Positions 25,979 through 40,461 of a DNA stretch of 64,000 nucleotides are shown here, piece by piece. Under the pieces are notes generated by a model. The model did no database searches. It was not told the origin of the DNA and saw only the letters and a list, made by a program, of their open reading frames with translations. A program made the position numbers and the translations under genes. Position 1 is the first letter of the stretch, and each line of letters starts with the position of its first letter. The DNA is from Takakia lepidozioides (taxonomy: Eukaryota; Plantae; Bryophyta): assembly GCA_030704615.1 (NCBI GenBank), contig CM060732.1, positions 61,566,001-61,630,000 of the forward strand. The letters are read 5' to 3'.

Positions 25979-28666
25979 TGTCGTGCACCTCACTTCGGTA
26001 AGCTCCCCTTTAAGTCATAGTTACTCGCTTTGATGCGCGCGCCTAACTCCCAACCTGGCCGCCGGGAACTCGGAGCTTCGGCTGCTCACCGGGACATAAC
26101 GGTCCCCTTTTTTCCCCCAACAGACCCTCCACCAATTTGGGCCTAGTGGAAATTCCCTTTGGTAGATGGCAGTCCGGAATAGCTCCCCACTCCTTGGTCG
26201 CTTTCCGGCTCGCTCGCTTACTCACTAGTTTTTGAACACCAACGGGCTTGCACCGTTCTTGGGGTTACTACTCCATATATATACTTCTGTGACTGTCTGC
26301 GGGGGTTCCACAAACAACACCATCCTTTTATGGCGAACCACCACGAAGACCCTCGATTCCCGGTGATGAGTCGCGGTGAGTTTTAGCCCTCCTACCACGG
26401 CCCCATTGGACCGTGATGAGTCCCAAGATTCCCCAAGACTCCCACCACAAGGTCTCCGCCCCATGGTGAGTCTTATACCACCCCCACTAAGCCCCATTAA
26501 GCTACCACCACCCCTCGTGGAACCACCCCCACCGCAACCCGGTGTGCGGGGCTCCACCTAGTGAGCGCCTCCGCCTCCTTGAGCGCCTCAAGGGTGTTTC
26601 AGCCCCCGCATCTATTGTTGCCACCGTCCCCACCACAAGGACAGCCCTCTCGTGTCCCGACCCCCTGCCCTCAAGGCAAAGGGCCGCGACACACACCCCT
26701 ACCAACAGGGAGTCAATGTCCTCATCGACTTGTCCATTTTGTAGAAACGAACATCCAAGTTGTGGCGTTCCACATCAAGGAGTTTGTTTCCACACCATGG
26801 CGTCCCATGGCAAAGAACCAAACCCCACACTTGACTCTACTCTCTACTAGCTAGTTCGGCCGACTTTCTCCAAGTCTCGGCCAAGGGTGGAGCCTCTCAA
26901 GCTCCTCCCAGTGCACTCTTCTTGGCCCACTTCAAGGCCAATGAACGATCTTCCCCGAGGATCGAATCGCCTTACTGCAACAACATTTGCTTGCGACTGC
27001 TCGTGATGCCACTTTTTTGGCATCACCTTGAGCAAGGGTTCACCTTGAACCCTTTTTGACTAAGAAGATAACCTTGAACCAACCGTGCGCCCCAATCACT
27101 ACAATTGGGTCCGTCTTGGAATGCTGGCCTGAGGTACGGGAACACGCCGAAGCCGCACTATGACTTCGTCCCGAGGCTACACGATTATAGTACGTGAACG
27201 GAAGCCCGTAGCTTCTACGTTAGCCCGCACTACAAGGCAACCCCCTCGGTAACACAGTTATAGTACGCACACGCGCCAGGTGCGCACTAGCACGTGAACT
27301 CCCACAGAAGGCGCAAGTCTCCTTGCCCCTTGGGTGGGAGTCACCCGATTTCGGCACTGCGCAAACACACGATTAACCCAATTTACCTCTCCCACTTTTG
27401 TAAGCTAGCATGCATTCTACACTCTAGCCAACCATGCCATGCATCACCATTCCAAACAAAATAAGACGCACAACATTTGGAAACCATTTCATTTATAACA
27501 AAATTTGCACAATACAAGTTTTTGCAATCGGATTCCTGACCTAGCTAAGCCGGGCTAAGCATGCATTTCCTCCCCCACGCTCCAAGGTTGATGTCTCCAT
27601 CAACGCTTCTTCCGCTTTTGAGGTCGCCCTTCGAAAGCTGCAACCGCCTCGGATGCGTTTCCCATTTCTGAGGCACGCACCCAAGATGCCTCCACATGAT
27701 GATAGCCCTTCCATTTCACGATTCTTGAACCGCCTTTACTTAAGCACTACCTTCACCTCGTACTCAAGTTCATTTTCATGATCTAACAGCACAGGTGGTG
27801 GACGCAACACTTGATGCCGATTCGGACGCGCTTCATCTTTGAAGCAAGGCTTCAAAAAGGAGACGTGGAATACCGGATGTACTTTGCTGTTTGCCGGCAG
27901 CTCCAATTCATACACATCCTCATTCATAACCTTCCGGATGCGAAAGGGTCCCGCATACGGAGGTACGAACTTTGGACTCACTTCCGGAGGTAGTCGAAAA
28001 TTCTTGATGTTCAACCAGACCTCCGTGCCTGCCTCGAACTTTACTTCCCTCCGCTTCCGATTTGTCTGCCGTTCATACCATTTCCTAGCTTTGGCAATGT
28101 TGTACTTTGCGAGCTTCAACAAGCGCTTGCATTCCTCCAACACCGTTGCTGCTACCGGTTCTTCAACGTCTTGGGCAGCCCAACTTGTCGGCACTAGAGG
28201 TGTTTTTCCATAGACCAATACGAAAGGGGAAACACCCGTTGCGGAGTGTTTTGTGTTATTATTTCCATTTGGCCGTCCGTCGTAGGTCGGAAGGCGGTGC
28301 TCATCTTGAGCCTCGTCCCCATCTTCTTCCAAAGTGCCCTCCAAAATTTACTTGTAAACTTTGGATCGCGGTCCGAGACAATATCCTTCGGAAGTCCATG
28401 ATGCTTGAAGAGGTGGGCGAAGTAAAGTTGCCCCGTCTCCTGTGTCGTTGCCGTCTCCTTGGTGGGGATGAAATGGCCCATTTTACTGAACCTATCCACC
28501 ACCACCATGATTGCATCGAATCCTTTTGACAGCGGCATAGCAGTCATGAAATCCATCGATACACTTTCCCAAGACCCCTCTGGAATTGGCAAGGGTTGTA
28601 ACAGCCCCGCTTGCTTTTTGTACTCGCTCCGGTTTTGTTGGCATGTGGTGCATGTCTTGACATACT
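25979..28666 (-). mobile_element. Chromovirus Ty3/gypsy family B copy 1, 5'-truncated: integrase remnant plus 3' LTR (25979-26691)
   Basis: WESVSMDF, VVVDRFSK, SDRDPKFTS, YAGPF, HPVFHVS; LTR TGTCG...CGACA homologous to 50041-50770. Confidence 0.92.
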
Positions 28667-31600
28667 GACAGAAATCTTTGATAAGAGTTGGCATGGAACA
28701 CCAAAAGCAGGAACTCCAGTTTCTGAAGCGGAAGGTGAAGAAGGAGGAGAGGATGTGGCAGAGCCAACGGAGAGTTCAGACTCTCCAACACCATTACAGT
28801 TGAGTTACATGAGTGAAGAAGAAACCCAAGGGCAGAACTTGGAGGATGAAAACAGAGAGAAGAAATTGGAAGAGGAAGAATATGAAGAAGTAGACCCAAC
28901 AGCTGAGGTTGAGACTACAACCAGGACATCCCAACCCGTTGGACCTGGATCAAGTGGAGCACTTGGATCACAGGCCAACGAAGGTGTCGGCTCAGGGGGA
29001 TCAGGCGGGCTGCCTGGATCTGGCTCTGGGGGGACAGGGAGTGTGGGAAGTAGTGCAACTGAAGCTGGGAATACTGTGAATATCGTGGGGCCAGAAGCAG
29101 GGAGTGCTCAAGGGCCACCACTTGGTGGAAGATCCACCACAACAACAACAGGTCCAGAAGGACCAGCACCAGCAAGGGTGCCAGCACCTGTCAATGGGCA
29201 GAAAGTAAGGCCACAGATGGCGTTACAACCAACACGGGCTAAACCACCTTTTCCAATATATTCAGGAAAAGGGGATCCCGATGTACACATTAGCCAATTT
29301 GAGCACATGTGTATAGTGAACAATGAGAATGGCGATGATGCCAAGAGAGATTGTTTCCTTGTTCACTTATAAAGAAAGCAAGTGAATGGTATGCAAGATT
29401 CCCTGATAATCATTTTCTAACCTGGAATGGCTTGAATACAGCATTCCGAAATAGGTTCAAGACAAGTAAAACTGAGGATGAAGTGTATGGGAGTTTACAA
29501 CAGTTAAAGCAAAAGAAGCATGAAACTGTTGAGGAGTATATGGAAAAGATGGAATTGATGATGAAAAAGCTGGCTGCAGTACCAGCACCAGGGTTACAAA
29601 AGACTTGGTTTGTGAGTGGACTAAGACCAGAGTTGCAAAAGAAAGTGGATATGTTACCCCATAATACAGTGGAGGAGGCATTTGAAACTGAAAACAGAAT
29701 TGAGCAATTGGGGATGCTCAAGAGAGAGAAAAGGGATGATGAGGACTCTGAGGATGAGTCAGATGAAGAAGAAGAGCAAGAACTAAAAAGGAAGAGTAAG
29801 AGAAAGGAGAAGTTGAAGAGGGATAACCATGAGAAAAGATTGGAAGAAATCTTGAAGAAGTATGCCACAGAGGCTGCAACACATTGGAGGAAGGGTGTAT
29901 GGTGTGCAAAGTGCCAGAATGAAGGCCATACCACCACAGAATGCCACATGAAGGAGAAACACTGTACTATCTGTAAAATGGATAACCATTCTACTGAGAA
30001 TTGTTACTACAACAGAAGGACAGTTGCAAGAGAACCTAGGCAAGTAAGGGTGCATCAGGTGCAGCCCCAGCCAAGAAGAAACAATGATCAGGACCACTAT
30101 GGTAGGTCTGGTGGTTATAACAATGGCATGGAAGGGAGAGGTAATTCAAGAGGGAATTACCAAGGAAATTCCAGAGGCAACTATTAGGGTAATCCAAGGG
30201 GGAATTACCAGCCCGGGAATCAGGATTACAAAAATAATCCAAGAGCAGACCAAGGGCGAGGACCCAATGGTGAAGAACTATGTTACTATTGTAATCAGCC
30301 AGGACATCGCAAGGCAGCCTGTTCATTCTGGATTAGACACCAGAATGAGATGAGAGCTCCTGTGAATGAGGGCCCAGTGGTGGCAGCTCACATGGTTAGG
30401 CCATGTGTTGTACCAGAAGTAAGTATAATGATAGTAACAAGAAGTAAAGCCAAACTAATACCTCCAGTAGTAGAGGAAGAAGATGATAATGAAGGTGGCA
30501 GTGATATGCCGGAAGATGATGAGGCTTGGAGAGATGAGAAGGAACTGCACAAGGAAGTGGCAGATACCATAAGGGAAATGCAGAAGAGTACTGATATTCC
30601 TGTGGCAGATTCCTCTGATTCTGATGGAGAAGAAGAAGTGAGTGAGGATGAAATGAAGAAAGAAGATGCAGACATGCAAAGTAATGAAGAGACTTTGGCT
30701 GAAGTAATATACCAGACCAAAGCAGAGATTATCATTGGACAGCTATTGGCTGTGGCACCTTATTGTAGGCACAGGCTGTATCAAGCAATCAATCGAATTG
30801 CCCAGGAGACAGGAAACACAGACCTGAACAGCAAGGTGACCAGTTATAATGTGAAGCCGGAAGGGCGAGAAACAGTCATGGACTTTGATGATTCTATGCC
30901 AGTAATCCAATTGAGAATTGGAAGCACAGAACTAATTGATGTACTGATAGATGGAGGTTCTGGAGTAAATATCATGACAGACCAATTAAGGAAGAAGCTT
31001 GGTCTAAGTAACATGAAACCAGCCCCATTTACAGTAACCATGGCAGATCAAAGAAGTGTACAGCCATTGGGATTAATAAGAGGAGTTAAGATACGGATAC
31101 AGAAGATGATCTTTATGATCACAGTAACTGTGTTGAAGATGGATGAAGTCATGGAGGCTTACTCCTTATTATTGGGACGTCCGTGGCTGAAACAGGCCAG
31201 GGTATTCCATGACTGGAATTCTCAGTTACTAACCGTGCATAATGGGATACACGAGATACAAATTACCACAAAAAAATCTAGTAGATTACCTGCTACGAGA
31301 AGACCTCGAGGAGTCAGAGAGAATGACTGGAGAGGAGGACTGGATGAGGAGTAGGAAGCTACCCTATTTGCTGCACACCCAGAGTGGGAGCAGGTTGCAG
31401 AGATGCGGCTGGAAGGCCTAAGTTGTTTAAGGGGTATCTGCTGTGGTGTAGTGTCAACAACACCGATTGAAGAGGAAACCAGCAGTTACCCATCACATTT
31501 CTATGAAGAAAAAGAAGGAGAAATGGAAATCCTAGAGGAACCAGCCACTGTGAGTTTACAGGATGAAGTGGTGACTGGTTGGACAATCACAGCTGATGAG

Positions 31601-34510
31601 CAAGTGAGGGAAGTGAATGTGGGAACTAAAGAGGAACCGAGGATGGTGAAGGTAGGAGCTGATTTGGAGCCAGAATTCTTTGAAGAAGCTTACAGAGATG
31701 TATTTGCTTGGAGCTATGAGGATTTAAAAGGGATACCACCTGAAATATGTCAACATAAGATTGAACTGGAACCGGGGTCAGTACCAATCAAGCAGGCAAG
31801 GTACAAAATGAATCCCAACTACGCACAGAAGGTTGGAGAAGAGATCAAGAAGTTGGCTGAGGCTAAGTTTATATACCCAATAGAGTATACAACTTGGTTG
31901 TCACCCATTGTGATAGTTCCCAAGAAGAATGGTAAACTAAGAGTTTGTGTGAACTACAAGAAGCTGAATGCTTGTACGAAGAAAGATCCTTTCCCTTTGC
32001 CATTCACAGAAGCAGTATTAGACACTGTGGCAGGCCATGAGATGTACTCATTCATGGATGGCTTCAGTGGTTATAATCAAGTGCAAGTGGCAGAAGGAGA
32101 CCAAGGAAAAACAGCTTTCATCACAGACTGGGGTGCTTATGCATACAAAGTCATGCCCTTTGGACTTTGTAATGCACCAGCGACCTTTCAGAGAGTGATA
32201 AGTGAATCTTTTCATGAGTATCTGGATGATTTCATGCAGGTGTTCTTGGATGATTTCAGTGTGTACAGCTCTAAGAATGAGCACTTGCATAAATTGGAGT
32301 TATGCTTGGCCAGATGCAGGATGAGAGGTTTGGGCCTGAATCCAGAGAAGTATACTTTCTGTGTGAACTCAGGGGTGCTTCTGGGACACATTGTGTGTAA
32401 GAGGGGACTTCTTGTGGATCCCAGGAAAACAAAGGCCATTAAAGCCTCTCCACCACCAGTGAATGTTAAGAGTCTAAGGAGATTCCTTGGACAAACCAGT
32501 TATTAAAGAAGATTTGTCAGACGGTATGCACAGATAGCAGCACCATTGAGCAAACTTCTGAAGAAAGATGCAGTGTTTGCATGGACACCTGAATGTCAAC
32601 AGGCTTTTGAAGAACTTACATTGTCAGTAACAACTACACCTGTGCTGATTAGTCCTCACTGGCAGAAAATATTTCATGTTCACTGTGATGCTTCTGGAGA
32701 AGCACTAAGAGCAGTGTTAGCCCATAATGTTACAGGAAATATAGATTCACCTGTGTACTATGCTAGCAGGTTGATGAACAGTGCTGAAAGGAACTATAAC
32801 ACAACTGAAAGAGAAGCACTGGCAATGATTTATGCAGTCAAGAAATTCAGGCATTACCTATTGGGAAGAAAGTTTATGTTTTATGTGGATCACCAGGCTC
32901 TGATATATCTGGTGAACAAACCTTTGATAAGTGGAAGGATAGCGAGGTGGTTAATAATCTTGCATGAGTTTGAGTTCGAAGTTGTTTACAAGCCTGGCCG
33001 TTTGCATCTTGTGGCAGATCATTTGTCACGACTAACAACAGGAGAGGCCGCCACAGGAGTAGACGATCAGTTACCTGATGCGAGTTTATTTGTAATGGAG
33101 GTGCAAGGAAGTACAGATGAATGGTTAGATTGGCAGTGGCCAATCAGATACTACCTTGCTCATGGTCAGTGCCCACCAAGTTATGGAAAGGAGCAGAGAA
33201 AGAGAATTGCTATCAAGGCTCTACCTTACACTATGGTAGGGAGCATAATGTATAAGCTAGGACCAGATGGAGTGCTGAAGCGATGCTTATACCACCATGA
33301 AGTTAATAAAGTTTTGGAGGAAGTTCATAAAGGAGTGGCAGGAGGTCATTTTGGAGAAGAGACTACCAGCAGGAAAATACTACATGCAGGTTACTGGTGG
33401 CCTACTTTGTTCAAAGATGTACACAAGTATTGTCAGAGTTGTGATGAATGTCAGAGGCTGGGACCTTTGCAGAGATCTGGGAAAATGTCTTTGCATCCTA
33501 CAATGCCTACGGAACCATTTCAGAAATGGGGACTAGACTTTGTTGGACCAATTAACCCACCAGCCAAGAATACACAGAACAGGTACATAATTACAGCCAC
33601 TGATTATACTACGAAGTGGGTGGAAACTAAAGCTTTGAGGGACAACACAGCCAAGTCCATAGCAAGGTTTCTGTATGAGAACATACTTACACGATTTGGC
33701 TGTCCCTTGGAATTTATCAGTGATCAAGGAAGTCACTTCATTAATGAGACCATTGAATTGTTGACTAAAGAGTTCATGATTGTGCATAGGAAAAGTACAA
33801 CATATTACCCACAGGGTAATGGGCAGGCAGAGGCTACCAACAAAATACTATGTACTATCTTGGCTAAGATAGTCAATGCAAACAGAACGGATTGGGATAC
33901 AAAGCTGCTGACAACTTTGTGGTCATACAGGACTTCATATAAAGTCACCACTAAGTATACACCATTCCAATTAGTTTATGGTATGGAAGCCTTACTTCCA
34001 ATGGAATTCATGTTACCTACCATGAGAACGGAATGGGGAAAGAGAATGGAATTGCAAGATTCCATTAAAGTCAGGAAACATGAATTATACCATGTGGAAG
34101 AAGTACGTGCTGATGCGGCTGATAATATGACCAGAATTCAGATGAAGAGGAAGGAACAGTTTGATGAAGGCAAGTTAAAAACTTTTAAGACGGGAGATTT
34201 GGTTCTATGGTTGCAGAAGAAGGGAAAGATTAAAGCTTCTAAGCTTAAATCACCATGGAAAGGACCTTATGTCATACAAAAGATGTATGATAACAACACC
34301 GCCATGTTACAAACCATTAACAAAGAGATGCTGGGAAGAGTCAATGCTAATAAGTTGAAGGGGTACAGTGGTATCCATGACAAACCATTGCAGCATGATT
34401 TGCATGTTGAAAAGCAAAAGCAGTCACGGGCTGCGCCAGTGTTACCAACGGAGTATGGAGCACTTGTCGCTAGGCCAAGCATATATGACCAGGGCGGGCA
34501 GAACAAGCGA

Positions 34511-34720
34511 GACACAGCCTATCACAGCCCATCACGACTTGACACAGCCTATCACAGCCCATCACGATGTGACACAGCATATCACAGCCCAGCACGGCGC
34601 AACACAGCCTATCACGACCTACCACAGTGCATCACAGCCTATCACAGCTTACCACAGTGTATCACAGCCTATCACGGCATACCACAGTATGACACAGCCT
34701 ATCACAGCTTAACACAGCCT
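34511..34720 (+). repeat. 30-bp tandem repeat (~7 units) in frame at the integrase C-terminus (DTAYHSPSRx)
   Basis: GACACAGCCTATCACAGCCC... with period 30; also at 61908-61977. Confidence 0.9.
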
Positions 34721-35289
34721 ACTAGGGTTACACAATCCATAGAATCAGTGACAGGTGGACGCAGGATAACTTCAGTGAAATGGCCGGCGGAAGAAAGGAC
34801 GGAAGCCAGTTTACAAAGGGACACGTGGAAGTCAAGGCGCCACACACAGCTGAGAAGGAAGTGCAAGAACGGATGTCATCAAGAAAGGGGACAAGAATGG
34901 CCGTCAAAATACCTAATCAGTGCGTCAAATTGGATGAATGGCGGGCCCATTAATGAATACAGAAGGCAAGTACAGAAAAGCGAAATTCTTGTCACATGTG
35001 TTATCCTAGTGGACAGTCCAGCAGGGAAAATCCACTAAAGAAAATTAAATCTAAAATCCAGTCACAGCGGTTACAGCCAATAGAAAGCCAGAGAAGGGAT
35101 CAAGAAATTGGAGGGAAATTAAGTGCAAGAGTCGGCGTCGTTCTGAGTAACGGGCGTCTCGACGGGACAAACCATCAATGCTATAGCTTTGAAGCTATGG
35201 AGGAACTAACAGACTATATGCTTGCAATATTACTTACGCAGTGGCATAGGGACGAAACAACAGAGCGGATCTTTTCTCTTGAGTGATGC

Positions 35290-37916
35290 TTGCAAGCCCC
35301 GCAGGCTTACAAAAAATTACCCATAGCTTTTTGTGGCAACCATACGTTTATGCTTTGTGCACTACAGGCATTTCTTCAGTTGTTACAGCCAAAACATTTA
35401 TGTGGGTCTAGAATGAAGAGAGTGAGAGGAATGGAGGAAATCAGGGTGAAGAGCACCACAATTCTGCAGAAACAAACGATTGCTACCCCACAGGCGATAC
35501 AGATACTAAAGGAGCTGAGATTGCAAGGATTGCAAAGCAAAGATTGGACATTGCACCATAGACAGTACATGTTACAATTCTTGCAGAACTTTGAGCCAAG
35601 GACAGGAGCAACAACGGTGAAGGGAGTTGAATTAGTAATTATTCCCCTATACCTCCAGCAATTGTTTCGATTGCCAGCAGGCCAGGTGCATGTGGAGGAG
35701 CACAGGGCAAGACTACAAATAGGGGACTTATTCCAAGAAAGGAGTTTCTTTAAAACTCAGGGTTATGCTTGTACCAAGGCCGTGTACCCAGGGCTAAAGG
35801 AGGTAGGCCAGGTATTGAACGTTCTGTTTGCCATGAAACAGAACCAACAGTATTTGAGCAGATCCTTCACAGAGGAAATACTCAAAGCCTTGAGAGGAGA
35901 AGAGGTAGAATGGGCGGACATAATGTACAACGCACTGGTAGAGGAGATGAAAAGATTACAGGATACTGCCGCAAAGTCTCCTATCATAGTGTCTGCCCCA
36001 ATCATTGCTCAAATAATTCTTGATTCTGGCATACTTGATGCGCGAGAAAGAAAGGAGATGGGAGTGTTTGAGCCAGAAACCACTGCAATGGAAGAGCAAG
36101 GCTCTTCACACAGTGAGGGTGGACTGGCATGGCAACCCGAGAATAAGAGACAGAGGCGGGGAAAGACTGTAGTGGCGGATCCACTGGCTTAACGGAATCC
36201 GCATGATAATGTTTCCCAAGTTTTTGTGCAGGAAGGGGCACAGCAGCACAGAGAACTGCTATTACTGGAAGCAGGACCTTCAGAGAGGGAAGAGGAAGTT
36301 ACTTCAGTATCACAGCCATCACAGCCAGAGGATCGGCTTGTCACAAGGTTACCACAAGTTGTCCATGCAGTTCAACCAGAAATAATTGATTTAGAAAAAG
36401 AAGGGTTAAATATTCCCACTACAGAACAAGTGGTGGCAGAATTAGAGAAGGGGGACTTTCTCTATGAATATTCTGGTATGGTCATGCTTGACCAATCAAC
36501 AAAAGAAATAAACAGTCAAGCGGAAAAATGTACGAAGGCAGAAGAAGAGAATGTTGAGCAAATGAAACTCATTGTCGATATGAAGAATACAATCTGTCGC
36601 AATGAGGATACTTTCAAGCAATACAGGCAGGTTGAAGCTGACTAAGAGAAGCACATCCTGGAGTTGCAACAAATGGTCATGGCCAATAGAAATGAAATCT
36701 CGGTCACTAACAAGGCTTGGAAGGAAGCCAATAATCTGTTTGCTGCTTATGCGAATTTGGTTGAACCTCATGCGAAACGCATGGAGGCTTTACAACAGCA
36801 GTTAGATGTGTACAAACTTAGAGAGGAGCACACTCTCAGAGGAACCACAAGCAACTTGGTGAATAACCACCTTATGCAGGTCTGGTTAGCACAAGGGCCA
36901 GTGGAGGGCAAAGCACCACGAAAGTTCACCCAAAGCGAGATGAATGAGCTCAGACTGCAAGTGCAGAACATTGCCACAACTACTATAGACAATGTCTATA
37001 GTAGGATAGCGGAGTTACAGGAGGATGTAGACGGACTGCAGACTCAAGTGGAGGACCTAACTTCAGATATTGACAAAAGAGTCTATATACCTGAGGAACA
37101 GCTAATGGCTTCTTATTTACAAGCCAGAACTTTGGCTTTTCAATCTTCTTCACAGCAAGTGCAGGAGATGCCAATGATACAAGAGCCAGTGCCACCAACA
37201 CCACAACAAGTCACTGTGCCAGTAGCTGACCCTGTTGTTACTACAGCCACGCCACAGCCACCACAGCCTGACGTATGGGGCAATGCTGCTTTTAACCCAC
37301 CTAAAACTCCAGCTGCAAGGGAGTACAGTAGGCTATGATTATGCCCTTCAACCAAATTCCCATTGTGTTGGATTGGTTTGGAAAGAATTTAGTCCTCCGC
37401 AGTCATTGGCACATTACTATCAAATCATGCGCATATGGCTGCCAGTGGCAACTAGGACTAAATTCTTCCGAACAATCGACCAATTGAGGATCAACTTTGC
37501 ACAGTACTGGCATGAGGCAGGTACCATGTTGAAGGAATTAATTGCTTTCCAAGTTGTACATGGATTCATTTATACCAAGACAAGGAGGTAGCAAGTATTG
37601 TCATGGGATGCGGGTTAACTACGCTGCTTGTTTTCTGGTACGTTATCACATTGAGCAGCACAAGATGCAATCACGCTTTCTGAGTTATTCCAGTGGGGAT
37701 CATTGGGTCTTACCTTCAGTGCCACCTCATATGTACTTATATGAGGCAAAAGTTATGATACAAAAGGATTCTCAAATTCGTTCATGGTTTCATGCGGCCT
37801 GGAATAATTTGTCAACACAGAAATTCGGCATTGATGATATTTTCTATAAGGGACATGTGGCATGGAAATACTTGCACAATTCACAAGTCATTGGTACCCC
37901 ACTCACCTGGACATAA
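35290..37916 (+). pseudogene. Extra 3' ORF of gypsy family A (ATHILA/transposon-protein-like N-terminus, coiled coil, unknown C-terminus)
   Basis: ORF pieces 35290-36192, 36226-36645, 36664-37338, 37235-37916 between INT and PPT. LQFLQNF..TTVKGVELVIIPLYLQQLFRLP resembles plant retroelement accessory ORFs. Confidence 0.6.
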
Positions 37917-38087
37917 AAGGAGCTTAGGGTCTTCTTAATCATCTTCGTCAACCAGTGACAGACCTCGGGCTCATACACACAGTCCGCCACGAAACTCTCA
38001 ACGTCAGAAAGGTGCTCGCTCACAAAGGATTGCTAATCCCAATCAGTAAACCGTGAGGACACGGCTTTTTGAGATGGGAAGGGGTAA

Positions 38088-39108
38088 TGTTAGAGGAATG
38101 TCTGGGACTTAGACACTTATACGGGATCTGTGGGGTACCCTTAATTTTTGCACAGACTGAGACCAACAGGAGCCTTAGGGGTGACAGCAGCGCACTTAGG
38201 GGGGGGGGGGGTGACACAGCCCGTCACAGCCAACACAGCCGACACAGCCAGACACAGTAGTCAAAAGCCCGTCACAGCCAACACAACCGACACAGCCAGA
38301 CACAGTCAACACAGCTCGTCACAGCCGACACAGCCCATCACAGCCAACACAGCCCGTCACAGCCCGTCACAGTTTCACACAGCCAGTCACAGCTTGACAC
38401 AACTGTCACGACCATAGGGAACGGATAGCCGGACAGGAACGACTGTGGGGAAACAACACCTGCGAATGGAAAATGTTAGTTCACGGACGACGGTTAGTGA
38501 GGGAAACGGTTAGAACAACGGGTAGGAAGATAAAGCTAGAAGCAAGGACTGAAAGGGGGATCATTTTTGGAGCACTTTGGGGGGGGGGAAATCACTGCTG
38601 GAAGGAGTGGGAAGGAGCACTTCTTGGAGAGACTTCGGACATCACTGGGGGAAAGGAGGAGAGAGTGTATCTCTGAGCAGAAAGATGGAGAGCACGGAGT
38701 AGGAGGAGGAGGATCTGTTGATGCTTAATGAATGCAGCAGTAGAAATTGTAATGTAGAGCAATTAGAGACTCCATGGCTTCAGCCTGATACTTGATAGAT
38801 ATTAATCTGATACACACCTCATACTCACACTGTGTAGAGAGATCTGAGTGAAGCTGTGGAATGAATTGATGAGTTGATGGAATCCGATAAATTGATGAAG
38901 CAAACTGATACTTAATTACCAGCAGTAAGGTAACTAGCTAACATGAATGCGGGAAGGAAAACAAATAGGAAACACCCCCATGATACACTAGCTGTAGGTC
39001 ATGACTGATTGTTCTGAGCGGGCTGAGTACTTAGAGATTTCCAACTCTTCTATCTTGGAGTTTCCGCCTCGGATAGCGAAGGGATGGGTGAGTAAAAGCC
39101 GCGCGACA
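38088..39108 (+). repeat. 3' LTR of family A copy 1 (1021 bp)
   Basis: TGTTAGAGG...CGCGACA; homologous to 60928-61906; CACAGCC microrepeats at 38213-38410. Confidence 0.92.
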
Positions 39109-40460
39109 TTGATCTGTGTAGCTACTCAGACCATCCACCATTTCCTGATAGTGGGGTCTACCCGGCATAGGTGGGAAGTCAGCCCACAATTGCACTTGAC
39201 TGAAGGGGTGATTTTTTACTGATTCTGGTGCTGTCCTAATTCTGGGTTTGGGTGGTGGAGCTTCTCCAAAGCTTGAAGATGGAAGTGAATACAAATTTTA
39301 CTGAGCTTGATGAGAGGGGCAGCCTTGTGCACAAGTTTGTTCGGCATCTTAAATTTGGACATGTTCGTTTGATTCTTGTAGTGTGGCTTTGGATGGAGCC
39401 CTGATGAACTTGCATGAATATTGTCAAAAGCTAGCCTTAACCCACCAAGATCCAATCCCATGGTGGATGCTTGAAAGTTCATATAGTGAATGTAAGGGTA
39501 TTTGGGTATGTTGTTATTGATTGATGCGGCTTGTGAAAATTGAATGTTGAAATGCAGATCCGCCATTTTTCTTCCAGAAAAAAACAAAACACGGGATCTC
39601 TGCATGTAACACAGTGGGGATGACCCACCCTTTTTTGTGAAAAATTGAACATAGTTCTCAGAATTCGTCGCGAGTAATGCGGAGCAACGCGAAGCCCTAG
39701 TTCTAGCGACGACCGAAGGTCGGAAGCTAGTTTAGCGTAGAGCAGGAATAGGGTGCCAAAGTGCCACATCATCATCACCATGTTTCGTCGCCACGTTTCG
39801 TCGTCAAATTCTGTCTAGTCTCCCCGAACTGCCCGAACTTGTCACTCGCGCACGCGCGCTTCTGCTTCTTTCTCGCTCGCTGTCTTCGTTTGTGTTTGCA
39901 TGTGTCTGCGTACCCATGCTGCAGACTGGGGAGTAGAGGGTAGCGATGCCAAGTCTCTGATAGAACATGAAATTTCCAAAAGAGGCAGTAGTCGGAGCCA
40001 TAGTTGCCTAGGCAGTTGCAAATAAGAGAGAGAGATGAAGTCGATGCTAAAAGAAAGAAAGAGGAGAGGGGCTCAACTCGGCGAGCACAATCTCGGAGAG
40101 ACAAAGAGCACAATGAAGCTGTGGTGAGGTCAGCTGCAATAGCCCGCACTGCTCAAAGACTGGAGGAGGCCCTAAATGATCAGTTAGAAGATCCTTTAGT
40201 GGAGTGGATATGGGTAGGGGGGGGGAGAAGAAGACTAGGGGGGGGGGGCTGACAGCCTTGTTGCAGAGAAAACCCACTGCTAAAGATAGACTTGCTCGAA
40301 AACTATTGAATGCTCGTGTTAGAGACGCCACTGTATGTCATCTAACAAGGGAGGAGGATGCTAGATATAGGGATGCCTATCCCAACCAGTGGTTAGAGCA
40401 GTTGGGGTCTGCACTCCAAAGAGTAGCTCACCAAGATATGGTTGTGAAGAAAGGGTTTTA
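39109..40460. repeat. Dispersed repeat R1 copy 3, extended by a degenerate plus-strand ORF (...AKDRLARKLLNARVRDA...YRDAYPNQW)
   Basis: Homology to 12896-13650; basic helical ORF pieces at 40004-40461 frameshifted in G runs. Confidence 0.7.
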
Positions 40461-40461
40461 A

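Larger units (their letters stand above)
28666..39108 (+). mobile_element. Non-chromovirus Ty3/gypsy family A copy 1 (5' end lost): gag-PR-RT-RH-INT, extra 3' ORF, PPT, 3' LTR
   Basis: Three CCHC knuckles, LIDGGS protease, FLDD RT, RNase H, HHCC/DDE integrase with GPY. ORFs 29351-35038 share one frame broken by three point stops. PPT GAGATGGGAAGGGG at 38071-38084. Confidence 0.95.

Noticed and set aside
28611-29372. 253-aa ORF with a signal-peptide-like N-terminus
   Set aside because: Chimera of antisense integrase and gag across the 28666 junction.
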